NCBI GenBank assembly: GCA_963778655.1
Contig: CAVZVA010000011.1
Location: 256,001 to 320,000 of the forward strand
Direction: 5' to 3'
Length of the DNA stretch: 64,000 nt
Source: an uncultured delta proteobacterium
GTDB taxonomy: Bacteria > Myxococcota_A > Polyangia > Polyangiales > JAFGIB01
The notes beneath the pieces were generated by a model. It was not told the origin of the DNA, did no database searches, and worked only from the letters and a program-made list of their open reading frames with translations. Positions 58,148-64,000 of the stretch are shown here, piece by piece (the stretch's first letter is position 1; the number at the start of each line of letters is the position of its first letter). The position numbers were made by a program, and so were the translations under genes.

Positions 58148-59026
58148 CTACGCATCGAGCTTGCGGTGCAGCGCGACCAGCGTGCCGCAGCCGCCGTTGG
58201 CTTCCAGGCGCGCCTGGGAGCTCATCCGCACCCGCAGGCCGGCGGCGACCATGCGGGCGTACAACGCGCGGTAGCGGGTCTCGGACGCGCGCGCGAGGCC
58301 GCTGCCGGGCACCGGGTTGTAGCCGTAGAGGTGAGCCTGCAAGCCCAGCGGCCGGCAACGCGCGATGAAGGCGTCGACCTCGGCGTCACCGTCGTTGATG
58401 CCGTCGGCCACCAGATAGGCGAGCGCGGTCTTGCGCTTGCGGCGCTGCGTCATGCGCGGCAGCTCCTCGGCGAGCAGCGCGAACAGCGCATCGAGAGGCG
58501 GTCCCTTGGGCACCATGCGGGCGCGCGCCTGCGGCGTGCCCGCATGCACCGAGAGCGTCAGGCCGTTGTGCGGCGCGTGCAGCCACTCGCGCAGGCGCGG
58601 CAGCGGGCCACCGGAGCTGGTCAGGCTCGGCGGCAGGCGCAGCGCGCGGCAGTGCTCGACGAACGCGCGCACCACGTCGTGGTTGTGCAGCGGCTCGCCC
58701 ACCCCCGAGACCGTCACGCGGGCGAGCCCGAGCCCGAGGCCGCGCACGGCCTCGAGCTGACCGACCATCTCCTGAAGCGTCAGCGGCCGCGCGAGCCCGC
58801 GAGCGCCCGACGCGCAGAACGGGCAGCCTACGGCGCAGCCGACCTGGCTGGAAACGCACAGGGTGTCGCCGCGGTACAGCACGCACTCGACCTGCGCGCC
58901 GTCGCAGAGGTGCACGATCCAGCGGCGATTGAAGCGACTCTGCTCGGCCAGCTCCAGCCGCACCACCTCGGCGTCGGCGTCCACGCCTGGCCCCTGCGCC
59001 GCGGGCGCCTGGCTTGGCTCCAGCAT
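58148..59026 (-). CDS. RlmN/Cfr-family radical SAM protein, short and divergent
   Basis: LCVSSQVGCAVGCPFCASG, SGVGEPLHN, LSVH, GIND, YNP, GGCGTL. Confidence 0.88.
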   Translation of the reverse strand: MLEPSQAPAAQGPGVDADAEVVRLELAEQSRFNRRWIVHLCDGAQVECVLYRGDTLCVSSQVGCAVGCPFCASGARGLARPLTLQEMVGQLEAVRGLGLGLARVTVSGVGEPLHNHDVVRAFVEHCRALRLPPSLTSSGGPLPRLREWLHAPHNGLTLSVHAGTPQARARMVPKGPPLDALFALLAEELPRMTQRRKRKTALAYLVADGINDGDAEVDAFIARCRPLGLQAHLYGYNPVPGSGLARASETRYRALYARMVAAGLRVRMSSQARLEANGGCGTLVALHRKLDA

Positions 59027-59114
59027 CGGGCGGCCATGGTGGACCGGCCGCGAAGCCGGGGCAAGCGACTGGGCTCACGCCCCGCGCCCGCTCCGTGCTA
59101 CAAGGGCCTCGCGC

Positions 59115-60230
59115 ATGAGGCCGCTGAAGTTGCAGTCGTTCGCCCGCGATACGGTGCGCCCCTGGGCCGTGGTGCTGTTGGCCGGCGCGTGCATGCTCGC
59201 GTGCAGCGGCAAAGATCGGGTGGCCGCGGATTTGTCGAGCGGCGGCATGGACGCGGGCGGCGCTGCGCACGACGCCGGCGCCATGCCTGCGTCCGACGGC
59301 GGCAAGCCGGTCGACCACGCAGGCGATGGCGGGGCCGCGACCGGTCCGCACGCCGACGCGGCGGCCGCGGAGGGCGGAGCCGGCGAGGGTGGCTCACAGA
59401 CCGTGGACGCGGCGGCGCAGGACGCGGGCGACCCGCCCCAGGCCGAAGACCCGAGCTGCGATCTGAACGGGATCTGGGCCGCGCGCCTGACCACGTTCAG
59501 CCGCGACGACGTGTTCCAGGCGGTCCAGACCGCGAGCAATTGGTACTACTACGAGATCGAGCAGCGCGGGCGCGAGGTGACGATCACGGCGGCGCTCGAT
59601 TGCGGGATTCAGGTGAGCGGCAGCGCCGACGTCACCATCAACCGCGCCACCACCGCCGCCCTGATGAAGCGCAACGACCAGACCGGCCGCCACGGGCAGT
59701 TCTACCGCGACGGCGACCACTGCACGCTGTCGATCGACCGCTTCTACAGCACGCGCGGAGTGCCGCGCTCGGTCTATCTACCGAGCGACACCTCGGCGAA
59801 TCCCGATCTGGCGAGCATCACGCCCGCGCTGCCCACCGCGCAGTCGCCCGACGGCAACGAGGATTGGGACGGCGACGGCCATCCGGGCATCGCGTTCAAC
59901 GTGGCCGGGCTGGGAACGCGCCACGTGGTCGAGCGTGACTGGAACGAGTTCTTCAGCGATGACAGCTACAGCATTGCCCCCGACTCGGACGCGTTCGTGG
60001 CACGCGCACAGTTCGACAACCAGGAGGAGATCCTGGAGACCTCGGGCAGCCTCGGAGGCCTGTTGATGGCGGGGTCGACGCCCGCGACCGGCCTCAATCA
60101 CCGCATCAGCTGGCAACGCCTGGGACGGACCGCCGACGAGGCGGCGGTCAAAGCCGTGCGCGACCCGGACGATCTGACGACCTGCTACAACGTGCAGGCC
60201 GCGCTCCCGCACGACACCGCGAGCATGTAG
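59115..60230 (+). CDS. Hypothetical lipoprotein
   Basis: Lipobox MLAC; DAG-rich linker; DWDGDGHPG motif. Confidence 0.8.
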   Translation: MRPLKLQSFARDTVRPWAVVLLAGACMLACSGKDRVAADLSSGGMDAGGAAHDAGAMPASDGGKPVDHAGDGGAATGPHADAAAAEGGAGEGGSQTVDAAAQDAGDPPQAEDPSCDLNGIWAARLTTFSRDDVFQAVQTASNWYYYEIEQRGREVTITAALDCGIQVSGSADVTINRATTAALMKRNDQTGRHGQFYRDGDHCTLSIDRFYSTRGVPRSVYLPSDTSANPDLASITPALPTAQSPDGNEDWDGDGHPGIAFNVAGLGTRHVVERDWNEFFSDDSYSIAPDSDAFVARAQFDNQEEILETSGSLGGLLMAGSTPATGLNHRISWQRLGRTADEAAVKAVRDPDDLTTCYNVQAALPHDTASM

Positions 60231-60233
60231 ACC

Positions 60234-61787
60234 GTGGCGACGGCAGCGCGACCCACATGGCTCGCTCGGCTCGCGGCGCTCGCGTTGACGCTTGGATGCG
60301 TGCTCCCGTCGCCCGCAGCACGCGCCTCGCCGCTGTTCGAGCTGCTTGGCGGCGTCGGCGGGCAGGCCGGGCTCAACGGCCGGGTCGCCGGTCCGAGCGC
60401 AGCCTCGACCTATTTCAATCCGGCGCTGCTGCCCAAGGCGGCGCCGGGCTTTCAAGCCGGCGTGTTCGTGCTCTACGACTCGATCCATCTGACGCTCGAC
60501 GGCCGCTCCGGCGTCGATGTGCCGGACCAGTACCGCGGCGCGACCAACGCCGACGGCTCGGTGTTCAGGGCACCGTCGCTGCCGACACGCTGGCTGCGGC
60601 AGGGCTGCGCGTCGCCCGAGTGCACCCCCGCGCTGGCGCCGCGCCCGCGTCAGGGCTCGGGCAGCAGTGACAAGGTGCACGTGTACCAGGAGCTGGGGCT
60701 GGTCACGCCGATCGTGGCCGGGCGTCTGGTGCTCGGACTGTACGCGCTGGTGCCGCTGGGCAAGCTCACCACGGCGAGCTCGTTCTTCGTCGACGAGCGG
60801 GAGCAGTTCTTCACCAACAGCTTGCACCCCGAGCTCTACTCCGACCGGCTGACCGCGACCTCGATCGCGTTCGGTCTGGGTGGTCAGATCACCCGCCGGC
60901 TGGCGCTCGGCGTCGACTTCACGCTGGGGCTGCGCAACACGGCGGACGCCCACACCTTCGTGGGCAACGCCGACGACTTGAGCCGCACCCTGGTGCTCTC
61001 CGACAACGTCGGCGTCGAGGCCTCGCTCGCACCGCACTTCGGGGTGTCGTACGAGCCGACCGACCGACTGCGGCTCGCCGCCACCATCCACTCGGTACAG
61101 CGCTTCGACATCAAGAGCTCGGTCAGCACCTTCTTGCCCGACGGCAACCTGCAGACGGCGCGCCGCACCGCCGTCCACGACTACATGCCGTGGCAGATCG
61201 GTCTGGGCACGAGCTATGACTTGATCTCGGGCGGCGCGGCCGCGCCCACGCCGCATCACGAGCTCTCGCTGGCGGCAACCGCCGTGATCGGGCTGTGGTC
61301 GAGCTACGTCGACCGCCAAGGCGACCGCCCGTCGCCGGGCTACGCCTGGTCGAACACGGTCAGCGTCGGGGTCGGCGCGCGGCACCGCTACGGCCCCCTG
61401 CACAGCTTCCTCGATGTGATGTACGTGCCGACGCCAGTGCCGCTGCAAACGGGACGCACCAACTACGTCGACAACACGCGCATGAGCACCAGCGCGGGCG
61501 TGGAATACGAGATCGACGCCCGCGGTGTGGTGGTGCGGGTCGGGGCGCAGGCCGAGCTGAACGTGCTGCCCCCGCGCAACCAGCACAAGCTCGACCCGAC
61601 CGATCCACGCTACGCCGAGCTCAAGTCGCAACTGGTGCGGGACGAGCTGCCCGACGGCGCGATCGACAGTCGCGGCGATCCGATCGCCGCGGCTTCGGGT
61701 CTGCAGACCAACAACCCCGGCTGGCCGGGCTTCGGCAGCTCCGGCTACCTGGTCGGCGGCGGCGTGACGGCGGCGCTGCTGTTCTGA
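60234..61787 (+). CDS. FadL/OmpP1-like outer-membrane beta-barrel
   Basis: Signal peptide (ARA-S), STYFNPA hatch motif, amphipathic strands, terminal Phe. Confidence 0.75.
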   Translation: MATAARPTWLARLAALALTLGCVLPSPAARASPLFELLGGVGGQAGLNGRVAGPSAASTYFNPALLPKAAPGFQAGVFVLYDSIHLTLDGRSGVDVPDQYRGATNADGSVFRAPSLPTRWLRQGCASPECTPALAPRPRQGSGSSDKVHVYQELGLVTPIVAGRLVLGLYALVPLGKLTTASSFFVDEREQFFTNSLHPELYSDRLTATSIAFGLGGQITRRLALGVDFTLGLRNTADAHTFVGNADDLSRTLVLSDNVGVEASLAPHFGVSYEPTDRLRLAATIHSVQRFDIKSSVSTFLPDGNLQTARRTAVHDYMPWQIGLGTSYDLISGGAAAPTPHHELSLAATAVIGLWSSYVDRQGDRPSPGYAWSNTVSVGVGARHRYGPLHSFLDVMYVPTPVPLQTGRTNYVDNTRMSTSAGVEYEIDARGVVVRVGAQAELNVLPPRNQHKLDPTDPRYAELKSQLVRDELPDGAIDSRGDPIAAASGLQTNNPGWPGFGSSGYLVGGGVTAALLF

Positions 61788-61798
61788 GTCGAAGAGAA

Positions 61799-61826
61799 TG
61801 CAACAGGAAGACGGGAAGACGGAAAG
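61799..61826 (+). repeat. Palindromic repeat family 1, copy E (left arm only)
   Basis: tgca-acaggaag-acgggaag-acggaaag; no right arm found nearby. Confidence 0.8.
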
Positions 61827-62128
61827 CCCCGCCATCTCTCGCCGCCCGAGCTCCGGCATCGTTGTCGCTGAGCTTGGCGCTGCCGTGGCAGTCACTGCGG
61901 GGTCCGCGACCACCACCGTGGAGCCGTCCTTGACGACCAGCAGCGTACCGCCGTCTATGGGCGTGGCGCAGGTGGCACCGTCGAATGCACCGGCACGATG
62001 GCTCCCATGGGCGGAACGCCGAAGCCACCCGCCGCGTCATCCGTAACCGGATTCTGTGCCTGCTGCGGCCCCGGGAATTTCGCCGAGATCCGCAGCGCCG
62101 AGCCAGTAGCTGACGTGGAAGGGTCCTG

Positions 62129-62908
62129 TCATCCCGTGCGGCGCCGGCGCGCAATGAGGGCGAACAAAATGGCGAGCAGCCACCCGTGATCGCCGGGGCC
62201 GCCCGCAGCCGCCGAACAGGAACCCCCGCCTCGCTGCAAGTGCGACCCAGCCCCCGCCGCGCCGTCGGCCGCGGCCGCGTGGCCGGCGCTGCCCGTGCTC
62301 CCTCCATCGCGCTCCGCCACGTCCGATATGCGCCGCGTCAGAATAACCGTCTGCGACAAGTCCCCCACGACCGACTTGGAGAGTGACTGCGGTGGAAAGC
62401 CATCGACCTGCGGATCGATCGTGAACACAGGATCGGGCATGTCCCCGGCGATCAAGGTCAGCTCGTAGCGACCCTGGTCGTCGCTGACGGCGCTGTCCGC
62501 GTTGTTGAACGAATCTGAATACAGTGCGCCGTTTCTGGACCCGTAACCGGCCGCAGTCACACCCATCGACGCCCCCGGTACCGGAACCCCGTTCTCGTCG
62601 GTCACGGTGCCCGTGACGCGAACGACGTCGAAGTCGAAGTCGCATCGGGTGTCGCCAGAGAGAGTCACCTGGACCGTGCCGTAGAACCCAATCGCATCGG
62701 AGCCGTCGGCTTGCGAGCCGTTGGCCCCCAGGCCGCGGCAGCCAACCAGATCTGGCTCAGCCGAGGCGCTGTCGCGCCGGCGCTGATCTACTCGGACCCG
62801 GCTCATGCTGAGCCGATCGCTCGGTGTACGGCCGCCACTGACCTCCCAGACATACAGAAGCGTGTTGCCGGTTCCCTTTCCTTGGAAGCGATTGTCGTAA
62901 ACCGGGGG
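62129..62908 (-). pseudogene. Fragment of a surface protein with a carboxypeptidase-regulatory-like domain and MYXO-CTERM-like tail
   Basis: VTGTVTDENGVPVPGA...SDDQGRYEL; GGGSCSAAAGG...WLLAILFALIARRRR. The frame is open to an in-frame TAG at 62909-62911 with no signal peptide. Confidence 0.6.
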
Positions 62909-63202
62909 CTAGCGCTCATGAAGCGCGCGGTAGGTGTGCGCTGCGAGACCGCGAATGTCTCGCACCATCTCGCCGCGTTTCACGGCGGATGCTGCAAGCC
63001 AAGGCGTCGTCGATCTGCTGAGCCGTATGCTCGCACTCGTGCAGGAAGCCATCACCCGCAGCTCGTTCCCGTCCATGAGCAAAGGGAGGGCGCCGCCGGC
63101 GGGCGCCGCGCCAAGAACAACCAAGGAGCGCCAAAACGCGCGTCGATCCTGCGTGCTAAGAGCGACGCGGTGGTGGTGTCGACTGTGTCAGGAGTGGTGG
63201 AG

Positions 63203-64000
63203 ATGGACTGTAAGGCCAGAGCGGTTTCGATCGGATCTGTATGCGTGCTGGTGGTCTGCGCATCCTTGTCTGCCTGCACGGAGACGAACAAGCCGGGTAT
63301 GCAAGGCCCGTCTGCAACCGGCTCAGGCGGCATGACGAGCATGATCGGGAGCGCGGGCGGCAGCGCTGCAGTTGGAACGGGCGGCACCACGGCGGCAAGC
63401 CCGGGCGCCGGCGCAGTCTCACCCATGCAAACTGGGGCCGGTGGAAGTGCAGCTGCGGGCGCCGTCGGCGGAGCCGGGGCGGCTGCAAACGCGGGCACTG
63501 GGGCGTCCGGGGCCATCAGTGACGCCGGGGCGCCCCCACCCGCGGATGGCGGTATGGCGGGTGGGCCGGTGGATCCGATCCTCCCCGATGTGCCTGCGAG
63601 TTGCCCGATGTTGACGACGGGCTTCGTCACGATCACCAGCCACAACACGGCGGTCCAAGTGCAGGTGTGGGCCGGTACGAAGGCCTCCACGCCGGCTCCG
63701 ATGCTGGTCTATTGGCACGTGACCGGCGGTACCTCGTCAGAAGCCGTGGGAGGCATCGGGTTGCCGACGGCGGTGGCGCAGGAGATCACGGACGCGGGCG
63801 GTCTCATCGTCTCGCCGCAAAACAGCACGGGCGCGGGCAACGATACGGGAAACAGCGTGTGGTTCACCGGCGACTTCGACGTGGCCGACCAGCTCGTGGC
63901 CTGCGCGTTCCAGCAGTACAACCTCGACCCGCGTCGCATCTATACCGCGGGCGGCAGCGCGGGTGCGCTTCAGGCGGGCACCATGGTCTACGAGCGTTCC
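63203..64000 (+). CDS. Alpha/beta-hydrolase (esterase-like) lipoprotein, runs off the window
   Basis: Manual translation: MDCKARAV...LSAC, Gly/Ala linker, VYWHVTGG, DPRRIYTAGGSAGA. Confidence 0.82.
   Translation, partial: MDCKARAVSIGSVCVLVVCASLSACTETNKPGMQGPSATGSGGMTSMIGSAGGSAAVGTGGTTAASPGAGAVSPMQTGAGGSAAAGAVGGAGAAANAGTGASGAISDAGAPPPADGGMAGGPVDPILPDVPASCPMLTTGFVTITSHNTAVQVQVWAGTKASTPAPMLVYWHVTGGTSSEAVGGIGLPTAVAQEITDAGGLIVSPQNSTGAGNDTGNSVWFTGDFDVADQLVACAFQQYNLDPRRIYTAGGSAGALQAGTMVYERS

Noticed and set aside
62909..62911. In-frame TAG as a recoded (pyrrolysine/readthrough) codon
   Set aside because: The upstream in-frame ORF has no signal peptide or domain continuity and no pyl genes are seen; decay is the simpler explanation.

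Overview
A 64 kb window of very GC-rich chromosomal DNA. Gene content points to a myxobacterium, probably Polyangia (inference from eukaryotic-like Ser/Thr kinases, a MYXO-CTERM-like tail, Cys-rich lipoproteins and a DUF4388-type signalling protein). It is mostly housekeeping: fmt-def-priA, cystathionine beta-synthase, tsaD, bioB, MATE, Pal/CpoB-like genes, a cytochrome oxidase assembly operon, tmk and acs. Notable items: (i) a KS + chain-length-factor-like pair divergent from a FAAL-ACP loading module (type II PKS-like), with FAAL and ACP each carrying a 1-nt frameshift; (ii) two orphan type III export genes 30 kb apart, an SctU/FlhB-like gene lacking the NPTH autocleavage motif and an SctQ-like gene with an internal in-frame RBS+ATG; (iii) a lower-GC two-gene signalling island bounded by sctQ and a diverged sctQ fragment; (iv) a peptidoglycan-remodelling cluster; (v) two dispersed palindromic repeat families, one CTAG-ended MITE and a nine-run G tract. 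No rRNA, tRNA, CRISPR array or intact transposase was recognised. All calls come from motif reading by eye; no database search was run.
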